Source: Squalus acanthias (lineage: Eukaryota). Taken from it: a DNA stretch of 64,000 nt. Location of the stretch: contig CM059432.1 of NCBI GenBank assembly GCA_030390025.1, positions 15,502,001 to 15,566,000 on the forward strand, given 5' to 3'. A model generated the notes under the pieces. The model ran no database searches. It saw only the letters and a program-made list of their open reading frames with translations, and was not told the origin of the DNA. A program made the position numbers and the translations under genes. Position 1 is the stretch's first letter. The number at the start of each line of letters is the position of its first letter. Below, piece by piece: positions 38,330 to 51,245 of the stretch.

Positions 38330-39480
38330 GGCCCAGTGGTGTAGAGTTGGGTAGCCTCATGGCTTCAGGTCAAATAAAGTCATGGCAACATCCCGATGAC
38401 CATATAACTCAACTGACAGTTCAGAACTCTGCCATGTTGAACAGTATTTGGAGGAAGAACTGAGGGAAGCAATGGCACAAAGTGTACTCTAGGTGGAGGA
38501 CTTCAATGCCTACCACCAAGAGCGGTTAGGGGGGGTAAAACCACCACTGACTAAGTTGGCTGAGTCCTGAAAGACGTAGCTGGCAGACTGGACTTGCATC
38601 AGGTGGTAGGAGCTAAAATGAGGGAATAACTGCTTGACCTCATCCTCACTAGCTTACCTGTTGAAGTCATGTCTGTTCACGATGGCATTGGTAGAAGCGA
38701 CCACAACACAGTCCTTGTGAAGACAATGTCTCATCTTCACACTAAGGACACTTTTCATAATGAAGTGTGGCACTACCACGGTGCTAAGCAGGACAAACTA
38801 AGGACAGATCAGCTGCCCAAAACTGGGCATCCATGGGGTGCTATGGGCCATTTGCAGAAACAGAATTATATATCACCACAGTCTGTAACTTCACAGTGCA
38901 GCACATCCTTCACTATATCCATTAAGTCAGGAGATTAATTCTGGTTCAATAGGGAGTGCCAGGAGCAATACCCGGCATATCTTAGAATGATCCAACAATG
39001 AACTGAAGCTACAATGAAGGGCTATCTGTATGCTAAACACCAAAAGCAGCAGGTTAAAGACAGAGCTAAGCGGTCCTACAACCAATGGATCAGAGCAGAA
39101 ATCTGTAGTCCTACCACGTCCAATCGGGAATGGTGTTGGAAAATCAGGAAACTAATAGGAGGAAGAGGCTCAAATGAACGTCCCCATCCTCAAACACAGT
39201 GAACTCCAGCATGTGAGTGCAAAAAACAAGGCTGAAGTATTTGCAAGCATCTTCAGCCAGAAGTGCCAAGTGAACGATCCTATTTTGCCTCTTCGCAAGG
39301 TACCAACCATTATAGATGCCAATGTCTGGCCAATTTGGTTTACCATGTGACATTAAGAATACACTAGGCACAGCAAAGGCTATGGGCCCTGACAACATCC
39401 TAGCTGTTGTGCTGATAGCCTGTGTACAAGAACTAGCTGGCCCTTTAGCCAAACTATTCCAGAGCAACTATGACATTAGT
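38330..39480 (+). mobile_element. Degenerate LINE family B (APE to linker)
   Basis: GRSDHNTV, KAMGPDNI..ELAGPLAKLFQ, homologous to 6150-7270. Confidence 0.75.
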
Positions 39481-39484
39481 GTCT

Positions 39485-39945
39485 GGACTCAACATAGAGT
39501 TCAACAATTTCAGATCATAACCCCGGCCCCTATCACATATATATATATATATTTTTTTTTTTTTTATCCACACTTTTGTTTGGCCTTTTTTCTTCCCTCC
39601 CACATGGCAGCTGTCCTTCATTCTGCCAGCGCAATTCACACTTCATCTAGAGCCATCCTTTGTTCCTCAACCTGTCCCATTTCCACCTCCTCTTGCCTTG
39701 AATATCTCTTAATGTCTCTCAATGTCTCTCAATCTCTCCTGCTTTCTATCCTATCACTGACCTTCCCTTTTGTTCTTTTATCCCCTCCCCCTTTTCACAG
39801 CCCTAACTTGCTTTAAAATCTATTTCATTTCCTGCTTTTTTCCAGTTCTGACGAAAGGTCTTCGACCTGAAACATTAACTCTGTTTCTCTCTCCGCGGAT
39901 GCTGCCTGGCCTGCTGAGTTTTTCCAGCATTTTCTGTTGTTATTC
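39485..39945 (+). mobile_element. Penelope-like 3' end/pLTR
   Basis: Homologous to the reverse complement of 22930-23340; hammerhead motif at 39844-39880. Confidence 0.8.
39844..39880 (+). ncRNA. Minimal hammerhead motif (family B)
   Basis: AGTT-CTGACGA-A-AGGTC TTC GACCT-GAAA-CATT-AACT. Confidence 0.65.
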
Positions 39946-39974
39946 AGGAAAACAGATGCTGAGTTAAAGGATAA

Positions 39975-40830
39975 GAGATTAGAAGGGATAAGGGGAAGTT
40001 GGTCAAAAGGTGGGTTTTAAGGAGGGCTTTAAACGAGGAGAGGGAGGTGAAGAGACAGTGGGATTTAGGGAAGGATTCCAGAGAGTGAGACATAGGTGTC
40101 TCAGGGCACAGCTGCCAATGGTGGGGTGATGGGGGAAGGATGCACAAGAGGCCAAAGTCAGAGGAATGGAGAGTTCATGTGGGATTGTAGGGCTGGAGGA
40201 GGTTACAGAGTTAGGGAAGGGTTGAGGCCATGAGGGACTAAACACTAGTATGAGAATTTTAAATTTGAGGAGCTGGGAGACCAGAAGCCACATCAGTGAG
40301 GACAGGGGAGTTGGGCAAGTAGGACTTGGTGCAGGATAAGATACAGGCAGTAGATTATTGGACAAGATAAAGTTTAGGGACAATGGCGGATGGGAGGCTA
40401 GCCAGGAGAGAATGGAATAATTGAGCTTGGGGGCGACAAAGGCATGAATGAGGGTTTCAGCAGAAGATGGACTAAGGTAGGGGTGGAGGTGGGCGTTGTT
40501 ACGGAGGTGGATGTGGGCTGTCCTTGTGATGGAGAGGTTATGAGGTTGAAAGTTGTAAAGGGTGTCAAGCTTGTACAGCCTGAGACTGTGACCAGGTAGT
40601 GAGATGGAGTCAGTTCCAAGTGTATGGAGTTTGTGGCGGGGGGTCAGGATGATTGCTTCAGTCTTCCCAATGTTTATTTGGAGGATGGTGCAGTTCATCA
40701 TTGATGTTGGACAAGCAGTCTGACATAGGGGCAGTAGACGGACTGAGGGAAGTGGTGGAGAGGTAGATCTGTGCCTACATATGGAAGCTTACCCCATGGC
40801 ATTGGATAATGTTGCCAAGGGGCAGCATGT
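39975..40830 (-). mobile_element. Degenerate L2 3' fragment
   Basis: LQINIGKTEAI, AETLIHAFV, FKALLKTHL. Confidence 0.8.
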
Positions 40831-41042
40831 AGATGAATTGGAATTGTTGCTGTTTTGGGGAGAGCAAGTCTATTTGAGGAAGGTGAACAGACAGAAGAGT
40901 TGTCTGTCATTTTGATCCTGATGATGTTATGCAAGTGACACACATGTGCCTTTTGACATGATTTATATAATTTCATGTGATGTTGGAAACAAGTGAAAAA
41001 ATGATTGCCAAATATTTTTTAATGAAATCAATCCCCTTTAGT

Positions 41043-43765
41043 TGATGTTGTGGCAATAACTGAGACCTGGCTCAAAAAAGGGCAGGATTGGGTATTATAT
41101 ATTCCTGGTTATAAAGTGTTCAGGAAAGATAGGGAAGGAAAGATAGGAGGTGGTGTGGCAGTATTGGTCAAGGAGAATGTTACAGTGCTGGAGAGGGAGG
41201 ATGTCCTGGAGGGGTCAAGGAAAGAATCTATATGGCTAGAGTTAAGAAATAATAGAGGTGCCATTACACTACTAGGTGTATTCTATAGACCACCAAATAG
41301 TGGGAAAGATATGGAGGAGCAAATTTGCAGAGAAATTACAGAGAGGTGCAAGAACTATAGAATAGTAATAATTTGGGACTTCAACTATCCTAATATAGAC
41401 TGGGATTGTAATAGTGTTAAGGGCAGAGAAGGGGAAGAATTTCTGAAATGTGTTCAGGAGAACTTTCTTGATCAGTATGTTCCCGGCCCAACGAGGGAGG
41501 AGGCATTGCTGAATCTGGTTCTGGGGAATGAGGTAGGTCAAGTGGAGCAAGTGTCAGCAGGTGAACATTTAGGGAACAGTGATCATAGTATCATAAGGTT
41601 TAGATTAGCTATGGAAAAGGACAGGGAGCAATCTAAAGTAAAAATGTTAACTGGGGGAAGGCCAATTTCAGTGAGATGAGAATGGATCTGGCCCGGGTAA
41701 ACTGGTATCAAAGATTGGCAGGCAAAACTCTAATGGAACAATGGGCTGCCTTTAAAGAGGAAATAGTTCAGGTACAGTTGAGGTACATTCCCACTAGGGG
41801 GAAAGGTGGGGCAACTAAAGTCAGGGCTCCCTGGATGACGAAAGAGATAGAGAATATGATGAAGCAGAAAAAGAGCGTGTATGACAGATGTCAGGTTGCA
41901 AATACATCTGAGAATCAGGCTACATATAGAAAGGTCAGAGGAGAAGTGAAAAAGAAAATGAGAGGAGCAAAGCGAGGGTATGAGAATAGAGTGGCAGCCA
42001 ACATAAAAGGTAATCCAAATGTCTTCTATAGGCATATAAATAGTAAAAGGGTAGTAAGAGGAGGGGTGGGGCTGATTAGGGTCTAAAAAGGAGACTTATG
42101 CATGGAGGCAGAGGGTATGGCTGAGGTACTAAACGAGTACTTTGCATCTCTCTTCACCAAGGAAGAGGATACTGCCATAGACATAGTAAAGGAGGAGGTA
42201 GCGGAGATACTTGATAGGATAACAATTGATAAAGAGGAGGTATTAGAAAGGCTGGCTGTACTTAAAGTAGATAAGTCACCAGGAGCGGATGGGATGCATC
42301 TTAGGATGCTGAGGGAATTGAGGAAGGAAATCACGGAAGTACTGGCCATAATATTCCCAATCCTCCTTCGATATGGGGGTGGTGCCAGAGGGCTGGAGAA
42401 TTGCAAATGTTACACCATTGTTCAAAAAAGGGTGTAAAGATAAACCCAGCAACTACAGGCCAGTCAGTTTGACTTTGGTAGTGGGAAAGCTTTTAGAAAC
42501 AGTAATCAGGGACAAAATTAACAGTCACTTGGACAAGTGTGGATTAATTAAGGAAAGCCAGTACAGATTTGTTAAAGGCAAATCGTGTTTGACTAACTTG
42601 ATTGAGTTCTTTGATGAGGTAACAGAGAGGGTTAATGAGGGTAATGCAGTTGACGTAGTGTACATGGATTTCCAAAAGGCGTTCAACAAAGTGCCACATA
42701 ATAGACTTGTCAGCAAAGTTGAAGCCCATGGAATAAAAGGGACAGTGGCAGCATGGATACGAAATTGGCTAAGTGATAGGAGACAGAATAGTGGTGAACA
42801 GTTGTTTTTCGGACTGGAGGAAGGTATACAGTGGTGTTCCCCAGGGGTCGGTTCTAGGACCACTGCTTTTCTTGACATATATATTAATGACTTGGACGTA
42901 GGTGTACAGGGCACAATTTCAAAATTTGCAGATGACACAAAACTTGGAAGTATGTGAACAGTGAGGAGGAGAGTGATAGACTTCAAGAGAACATAGACAG
43001 GCTGGTGGAATGGGCGGACACGTGGCAGATGAAATTTAACGCAGAAAAGTGTGAAGTGATACATTTTGGTAGAAAGAATGAGGAGAGGATGAGAAAGCAG
43101 TTAAAAAGGCTTACGGGATCCTGGGCTTGATAAATAGAGGTATAGAGTACAAAAGTGTGGAAATTATGATGAACCTGTATAAAACACTGGTTCGCCCCCA
43201 ACTGGAGTACTGTGTCCAATTCTGGGCACCACACTTTAGGAAGGGTGTGAAGGCCTTAGAGAGGGTGCAGAAAAGATTTACGAGAATTATTCCAGGAATG
43301 AGGGACTTCAGTTACGTTGATAGACTGGAGAAGCTGGGGTTGTTCTCCTTGGAGCAGAGAAGATTGAGAGGAGATTTGATAGAGGTGTTCAAAATCATGA
43401 GGGGTCTGGACAGAGTAGATAGAGAGAAACTGTTCCCATTGGCAGAGGGATCAAGAACCAGAGGACACAGATTTAAGGTGATTGGCAGAAGAACCAAAGG
43501 TGACATGAGGAAAAACTTTTTTACGCAGCGAGTGGTTAGGATCTGGAATGCACTGCCTGAAAGGGTGGTGGAGGCAGATTCAATCACGGCTTTCAGAAGG
43601 GAGTTGGATAGGTATCTGAGGAAAACAAATTTGCAGGGCTACGGGGAAATGGGCGGGGGAGTGGGACTGGCTGGAGTGCTCTTGCGGAGAACCGACGCGG
43701 GCTCGACGGGCCGAATGGCCTTCTTCCATGCTGTAACCATTCTATGATTCTATTCTATGATTCTA
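41043..43765 (+). mobile_element. CR1 LINE ORF2 (APE+RT), frameshifted
   Basis: VAITETWL, YRPPNS, SDH, NYRPVSLT, DFQKAF, FADDTKLG, LEYCVQFW; (ATTCTATG)n tail. Confidence 0.94.
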
Positions 43766-44469
43766 CAGCAATTATTGCCATCGCAGTTTTAATAAATTAC
43801 TACTTGATGTGAAAAAAAATCAGCATGCCAGCAGAGTGCAACCATCATAAGTGGCTAAACTGAATCTAACCCCGTCAGAAAAGAACCTCGGAATGGGATC
43901 AACTGCTGGACCCTGTGCAGAAGAAATCCATTAATTGACATATCTCTATGGCGACGACCTATAAAAGGCAGTTGAAATGAAGTTGCTATTGACCATGTTA
44001 GGCTGCGTGTAATTAATACGTGGCGCAGATGTAAAAACAATCATTCAGGTAACAGCAGGAAGGAACTTTATTAGCCGGTTTACACAGACACATGGGAACT
44101 GACTTCCTATCATTATTTGTGTCAGTGACTCACAGTGAAGGGTCTGAGGAAAAACAATGACAGTGGAATTTGTGCTTTTGATGAAGATGCTTTTAATGTT
44201 AACTATGAATTCTAAGAGCACAGCAGTGAGCAGCATCCTGATAGCTCATCCTGTGGGCAAATCCAAAAATGCGTTGCAGTAGTGAGCCACTTATAAAAAC
44301 ATAAAGAAGCTCGGAACAAGACAGGCCATTTAGCCCATCAAACCTGCTCCTTCTACTGACCAGGCACACTCTACTTGGTCATGGACTGACCTTCGCACAT
44401 TAAATTTCCACAGAGAGACACCTGCATAAATACAGTGGCATCCCATTCTCCACAGTGTTATCAAAAGAA

Positions 44470-44950
44470 CAAGTTTGTATTCATGTAGTGCCTTTAATGT
44501 CCTCAGGAGGTCTCAAATCATTTCCTTTCACAGGCAATTAATGACTTTGTGTGGTCAGTGTTGCAAATGGGGCAGCCAATTTCTACACAGCAAGGTTCCA
44601 GAAACTGTAAAGATGATAAAATGGCCAATGAATCTCCGTTGGTGGAGGAATCGACATTAGCCAGGACATGAGGAGAACCCACAGCTCTTCTTCAGTTAGT
44701 GGCATGGTTTTTTTTTTGTCTTATAATACTCCTGTGAAGCGCCTTGGGATGTTTTACTACGTTAAAGGCGCTATATAAATACAAGTTGTTGTTGTTGTTA
44801 CGGGATCTTCTCTATCCACCTGTTTAATACCCCATCTGAAACATAGCATTTCTGTCAGCCTGGATGATGTGCTCAGGTCCTGGAGTGGGGCTTGAACCCA
44901 CAACCTTCATGATTCACAGGCAAAAGTGCAACCACTGAGCGAAACTGATA
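44470..44950 (-). mobile_element. Degenerate Deu-type SINE interrupted by an L2 tail (44707-44800, +)
   Basis: Head CTTGAACCCACAACC..CCACTGAGC; L2 tail GTGAAGCGCCTTGGGATGTTTTACTACGTTAAAGGCGCTATATAAATAC(TTG)n. Confidence 0.65.
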
Positions 44951-45548
44951 TTTGGCCCGATATACCTTTCTCCGCCCCCATGGCGCACTGCAGCAGCACA
45001 GGGGCAATTGTGCTTTGTGAAGTCTTTGATCATTGTAGTGCATACCTATCTGTATAAGCTTCCAGTCCTGTTCCCAATCAAATACTTATCCAGCTCTCTT
45101 TTGAAGGAGTTAATTAATTCAGCCTCAACTGCTTTCTCTTCAGATGTCTGTTCCACAGATCAAGTACTCTGTGGGGAAAAAAGTCTTTCTTTTAACTTCC
45201 ACTCACACTTCAGACTGGTTAATTTTAAACTGTGTTCTCCAGCTCGCTGCTTACAGTCTGAGGCACATAGCATACTTACAGCTATCATCTTAGCATTTTA
45301 AAGACCTCACGTAACCCCCCCCACTCTACGGCCACGATTTCGCCGACCGAGGCAGGTCCGAAGCGGCCGGGGTCGGTGTCGCGGTCCCAGCCCGCTGCCT
45401 ACCGCAGCCCGCACTCGCCAAGCGATTTTCCGTTGATTGGGCTTTGCGAGGTTTAAGGCCAATTAATAGGAAGCGGGTCTGATGACGTCATTTGATGACG
45501 CGTCATCAGCCAGTTTCCTTAAACAGGCCATGTCCACATTGATCTTGA

Positions 45549-45728
45549 TGCGGAGATGCCGGCGTTGGACTGGGGTGTCTTTGATGTAAGGAAAGATTGT
45601 ATCTCTGCAGTTTCTGTGTTTATATTCTGTGAACTTTTGTAGATTCACTCATTGCAACTTTACCTGAAGAAGGGGCGATAGCTCCGAAAGCTTGTAATTT
45701 TAAATAAATCTGGTGTTGTGCGACTTCT
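45549..45728 (+). mobile_element. Penelope pLTR mini-insertion with hammerhead
   Basis: 14-bp TSD CACATTGATCTTGA (45535-45548, 45729-45742); absent at the homologous site of the sister element. Confidence 0.85.
45660..45697 (+). ncRNA. Minimal hammerhead motif (family A)
   Basis: TTAC-CTGAAGA-A-GGGGC GATA GCTCC-GAAA-GCTT-GTAA. Confidence 0.7.
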
Positions 45729-48582
45729 CACATTGATCTTGACAGTTCTGCTGTCAGTATTCTACAGCATTGAGGTGCTGCAAACACAGACAAGCACTGC
45801 ACAAAGGTGCACGGCTGCACCCAGGCTCTCCCATGACTCCCTCCATATGCTTATGGATGGAGTCACAGCACGCAGGGAGGTTCTCTTCCCTTCCCATAGG
45901 CGAAAGAGACCTCCCCAGGAGATCAACGCAGCCTGGTTGCACATTGCACAGGAGGACACAAGCAGAGATGTCGTCAGGAGGACGTGGCTGCAGTGGTGCA
46001 AAGATTTCAATGATCTGAGCAGCTCACGAAAAGTTACTGCCAAGCCACACTCAACCTCATCCTGCTGTGCCACTCATCACATCCACATCACTCTGCCTTC
46101 CCTACCCTACTCCTGCACATCTTTACTCACACCAACTTACCTTGCACCTCCACCCATCCCTCTCTATCTACATTATCACTTCCCCATCTCACTAGCCACC
46201 CCTCACACTCACTCTCAACCTACTGCAAGCAAACGAACTAACAACACAAAAGGGTAGGCACCTGGGTGCTTTAGTCAATGTTCATGTGAAGTTTCTGTTA
46301 ACGTGTTGTCAAACAGTGAAATCTATATTTTCAACACTTTATCTTATTGGACAGATCTGTGCTCACCTTTGGAAATGTCTTCGTGAGTTCCCGTGAATGT
46401 TGAGACATAACCTCCCCCCCACCCCCAATGGTGATGAGTGTGAAAGGAATGGCTTGGACATTGTAGGGATGCTTTATGGTGCTGGTGTGGGGCGGTGTCA
46501 ATCTGGCGCATCATGTGGCAACCAGGGTGTACAGCGTCAAGTGAAATAAATCTGGCCATGGTGATGCCATCCCTGGCCTCACGGGCAGCAATGTTGTCGG
46601 GTGCTGACGTCCTGTGTCCTGTGCAGCATCAGTTGATTGCAGAGAAGGTTGGTGTTGTTGTTGGTGCTGCTGGTGTGCCTGGTGCTGCTGGTGTTGGGGC
46701 TGATTGTGGAGGGATTCAGAGGACCAAGGTGAGAATTTTTCAAGGGCACTGATGTTGCTGGAATAGATTGCAGCTGAAGTTGAGATGACAGAAGCGATCT
46801 GTCAATGGTGAGAGAGCTCGCTCCAAGGAGGTGACAGTGGATAGAGAGTTTACTCCAAACACTTCCAAACTGCATACAGCTCAAAAGTGTCTTCCAAGTC
46901 CTGAAGGCTCAAGCTTCTGACATTGGAAAGTGACCATCTGTGAAATGGTAGCTTTCATACCACTTTTGCAGCTGTCACCTATTCACAGCAATGGGGAGAC
47001 ACAGAGAACCCGACCTCCTTACCTGACGTGATCTCCGAACGATGGGAACCCTGTTAAAAAAGTGGGAAAATAGAAATAGGCTGGCAAAATAGTAGTTAAC
47101 AAACGTTTAACAAGCATTTAACTGTCTTAAATGCCTCCCCCGCTGCTTGGTGTCGGGTCTGTTCTGAAATCGCAGACCCGACACTTTGGAAACTTACATG
47201 GAGGCGGGTGCGGAGCGGGTTCCCAACCCGCTGTCAATCATTTCAATTTTGACAGTGGCCCCGCCTCCGAACACCGCACCCTGAGCGCCGGCAAAATCGC
47301 GGCCTACATTTCTCCAATGAAAAACAAGGTCAACTCTGCAAATCTCCCTTCATAATTTCTAACCCTAAGTCTAGGAATGATCCTTGTTCTCTTCTTTAAA
47401 CCCTCTCCTACACATCGACCTCTTGTAATAAAGGTTGGCACAAATTACGGAAGCCATTGGTCCATATAACTCACTGTTCCATAGAAACCTATGGCCCTCT
47501 AACTCGCATCTGATGCTTCCTCTCTTTCAGCTAGTTCCTTATCCACCTCAAAGTTTTGCCGAGGATACCCACTGCTTGGTTCTTCTGTAGCAGCCTTTCA
47601 TGTGGAATTTATCGAAAACTCTCTGGAAATCAATGTGCACAATATCATTGAGGGTTTTCACCACCCACTTGGGATGTCGCCTGTTCAAAAAAGACCAAGG
47701 AGGTTGATTGGGCAGCATCTTCCTCATCTAAAGCAATGTTTGCTACCATTTATTCGGTGATTTTCATGCAGGTAATTTCTAAACTTGTTTCTAATGGCCT
47801 TTTTTGAAAAATTTGTTCTAGGGATATGGACAACACTGGAAAAATAGCATTTAAGAACATAAGAAATGGAGCAGGAGTAGGCCTATGGCCCCTCGAGCCT
47901 GCTCCGCCATTTCAATAAGATCATGGCTGATCTATTGAATATCCCTCATTTCCTTTAGAGTATTGAGAGTCAACCTCATCTTGTGGGACGAGAGTTACAT
48001 GTAGGCCAAACCAGGTAGGGGTGGCAGGTTCCTGAAGGACATTAGTGGGGTTTTTAACCACAATCTAGCAGATTTCACGATCATTCTCTGGTGCCAGCCC
48101 ATGGATTACCAGATATTATTGAATTCAATTTCAAAACTTGCTATGTTAGGAGTTGAAGCCACGCCCTCTTGCTCGTCCAATACCATAACCACTAGGCTAC
48201 CATGCCATATATTTTGCCAGTTATTCATGTAAGACTAAAGGGTCTTTAGTTACCTAGATTTTTTCTGAAGGTAGGTGCCCTAAACTGAACGTGATATTCC
48301 AAATGTGGCCTCACCGCTGATCTATACAACTGCCCAGAAAGTCACAGGTTTTATCCCAAGTTTGTGCTGAGTTTGGTAGCCTCAGTTGGGGTGGCAGTGG
48401 AAACACTCAAATTGTCTTCAGGGGAGCTGGGGAGTTATCCCTCAATCAACATAACAAAAACAGATTATCTGGTCATTATCTCATTGCTGTTACAACAGTG
48501 CCTACACTTCAAAAAGTACTTCATTGGCTGTAAAGCGCTTTGGGACGTCTGGTGGTCGTGAAAGGCGCTATATAAATGCAAG

Positions 48583-48618
<36 letters not shown>

Positions 48619-48619
48619 T

Positions 48620-49150
48620 CAACACCCCTGAGCTGGAGATGAGAAAAACTCATCCAGAATTCCCATCTTGGATTTCTAGCCAGTGACCTATCCTGGAAAT
48701 TATGCTTCATTGGATTTTGGGATCGGGTTTCGCTATGATCTTCCAAAAGGTCAAAAAGATTGTAGACAATCAAGGCCCATGCATGAAGAATACATCCTTC
48801 ACTGAGGAGCCAGATGGCTGCCAATTCCCAAAGTGTTATCTCTCCAGAAGGTCTGTTATTCTTTAAAGAGAGGTCAACCATAGGTTTGTTTTTTGTTACC
48901 AAGAGCAGGTGTGCTTGCTGATGCAAATCCCATTGTGCATCTGTGTCATTGACGTAATATGATAGTCAAACTGAAAATTAAACAATTGTGATACTGTTCC
49001 TCCAATAATCGAGTTAAGGTATCCGATGATATTATAAACCACAAGAGAGTGAAGCTTGAGTGGTTTGTAACAGGCATCAATGCTTTGTAGAGTGATCGAC
49101 AACATTCTCTGCTATCTATTTGCACAAGAGGAGTAGCCGTTATTTCATCA
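48620..49150 (-). pseudogene. Very old HARBI1-like transposase remnant
   Basis: LQSIDACYKPLK (cf. VQGAIDCTHV), WLLSEG..AW (cf. WLLGDxGY..WL), YN..H..TR (cf. YN..H..TR..IE). Confidence 0.45.
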
Positions 49151-49184
49151 TTACTTCAGGTCTACTGATGGATAAGCTGTACAT

Positions 49185-49480
49185 CTCCCCCAGTGGCTCA
49201 GCCAGTTTATCCAGAGGGCAGCTGAGCTAACCAAACCCAGGAAAGCTCCAGATTTAATTTCAACCTGTGGTTGATCTCAGTGGGGTAGTGGAGTTACAAC
49301 TGCCCTCGTGAGGGGGAAATCATACAGAGTTTGTGCCCTCGTTGTTACCTTTTAACCCCTGCTGGGAATAGATGTAACGTGAGAACAGGATTTAGCTCAG
49401 CTGTCATGCTCCCTAAAGTGAATTTGTTTTGGTAACATTTGCTGTCAGGGCTCATGTGCGAATAATGACCACTTGGGTAA
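49185..49480 (+). mobile_element. Older, second SINE-like family (fragments also near 35-120, 420-530, 13996-14135, 14610-14680, 20410-20615, 28150-28235)
   Basis: Recurrent degenerate motifs CTGAGCTA..CCAGGAA..CCAGG, GATCTCAG..GGG..TACAA(T/C)TG(G/C)CCTC, GAAATCAGCCA; family not identified. Confidence 0.45.
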
Positions 49481-49789
49481 GGTATCAGAGGACACCCAGC
49501 AGCTGCATAATTATATGTCAGCGAGGTGTCAATAAGATAAAGTGGCAAAAAAAATGGTGTGTTTTATTTTCATTAGGAAGCCAAAATGAAGGGCTGGTAG
49601 TGTAAGAGATCACTACGGTTAAAAACAGAAAAAGAGTAGACATGGTAATTAGGAGACATCAAGGTTGGGTTTTAATTCACTGAACGTTCTGGGAGGAAGG
49701 AAAGACTGAAGGTGGTGAAGGATTCCACAGTTTTTTTGAGATCGTGGGAAAGAATGAGTTGAGCCAAGGACGATGTGAATGAGCCTTGC

Positions 49790-50060
49790 GGCTAGATTTT
49801 CAGAGGTTTTTTTAACCAACCGATTTTGGGACATCTGAGGCGAAAAGGGGTTGATGAAATGTTACTTGAATCCTCAATCGAACAACACCATTTGCCATTT
49901 TCTGCTGGAACGGAGGTCAGTAACTGGAAGCATCTGTCCAAATGCTGGTGCCCATATTTAAACTTCCTTCCTTCTGGCCTAAATATTTGATCGCTCCTTT
50001 CCTTTATTTGGGATAATAACACTGCTGTGGAGGAGTGTTTGAACTGGGGGGACTCCATGC
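49790..50060 (-). pseudogene. Harbinger Myb/SANT-like remnant
   Basis: PQFKHSSTAVLLSQIKERSDQIFRPEGRK aligns by eye with PRLSHDSLHMLMEGVTAHREVLFPSNGRK. Confidence 0.45.
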
Positions 50061-50152
50061 TCAGGCTAACGCTTTTTGCATCATTATTACTGTTCCTTCC
50101 TCCCAGCTTCTCAAATGGTGGTCTGCCCCCTTAAGCTGCTGCAGCCAGTTAA

Positions 50153-50666
50153 GAACATAAGAACATAAGAAATAGGAGCAGGAATAGGCCACTTGGCCCC
50201 TCGAGCCTGCTCCGCCATTCAATAAGATCATGGCTGATCTTGGGCTCAAAGCCACTTCCTCGCCCACTCCCCATAACCCTTCACTCCCTTATCTTGCAAA
50301 AATCTGTCTATCTCCACCTTAAATGTATTTAATGACCCAGCCTCCACAGCTCTCTGCGGCAGAGAATTCCACAGATTTACGACCCTCTGAGAGAAGAAAT
50401 TCCTCCTCATCTCAGTTCTAAGAGGGCAACCCTTTATTCTTAAACTATGCCCCCGAGTTCTAGATTTCCCCACGAGGGGAAACATCCTCTCTGCATCTAC
50501 CTTGTCGAGCCCCCTCAGTGTCTTATATGTTTCAATAAGATCACCTCTCATTCTTCTAAATTCCAATGAGTATAGGCCCAGCCTGCTCAACCTTTCCTCA
50601 TAAGTCAAAACCCCTCATCTCTGGAATTAACCTAGTGAATCGTCTCTGAACTGCCTCCAATGCAAG
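50153..50666 (-). mobile_element. CR1 3' fragment
   Basis: YEERLSRLGLYSLEFRRMRGDLIE; (TTCTTATG)n tail. Confidence 0.92.
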
Positions 50667-51245
50667 TATGCGGCACGCATTTCCCATTCCTCTTAGAGAT
50701 AATCGAATCCAAATAGAAAGTGCAAAATAGCACTGGGAGCCTGCCCTCATTATAAAGAGGCCGATCCTACAAAATTCAGGGAGGAGACATCCCACTCTGA
50801 CAAACCTCTGGCAGGAACCCCTCCCAGACTGAACATCTACCGCTTAACGTCAAGAGAGTGAGGATTTGCGAGGATGAAGAGTATGTAGGGCAGCATATTT
50901 ATAACTTAGAAGGCAAGGGAGGGAAGTTCAGAGGAGCGTGCTGATATTTATTATAAAAGTAGTTGCCATTTCAAGTTGAAATAGAAGCAAAATGATGGAC
51001 TCTGCACTGTGCGCCAGCCCTGTGTAATGCACTATGGCAATAATGCCTCCGCTTTCTTATCTGAACTTTTGTTTTCCAACAGTGTGCAGGCTTAAGACTT
51101 AATATCATAGAGGTTTTATTTTCAGGTCAATCATATTATTTTCCATTTAAGGGAACCGTTTAATATGAAGCAACTTATGTGTTCTTAAAAAAAAAAGCAA
51201 ATCCTAAAACCTCTCTGTAAATGCATCTATGCAATGATAATAAAT

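Larger units (their letters stand above)
45330..47304 (+). mobile_element. Non-autonomous Harbinger with Myb/SANT-like fragment (sister of 33675-35453, inverted)
   Basis: TIRs GGCCACGATTTCGCCG / CGGCAAAATCGCGGCC (14/16), TSD TAC; APRLSHDSLHML..REVLFP..AWLHIA..RTWLQWCKDFNDL. Confidence 0.88.

Noticed and set aside
43955..44050. TATAAAAGG followed by signal-peptide-like MKLLLTMLGCV
   Set aside because: Stops after 11 codons; no supporting ORF.
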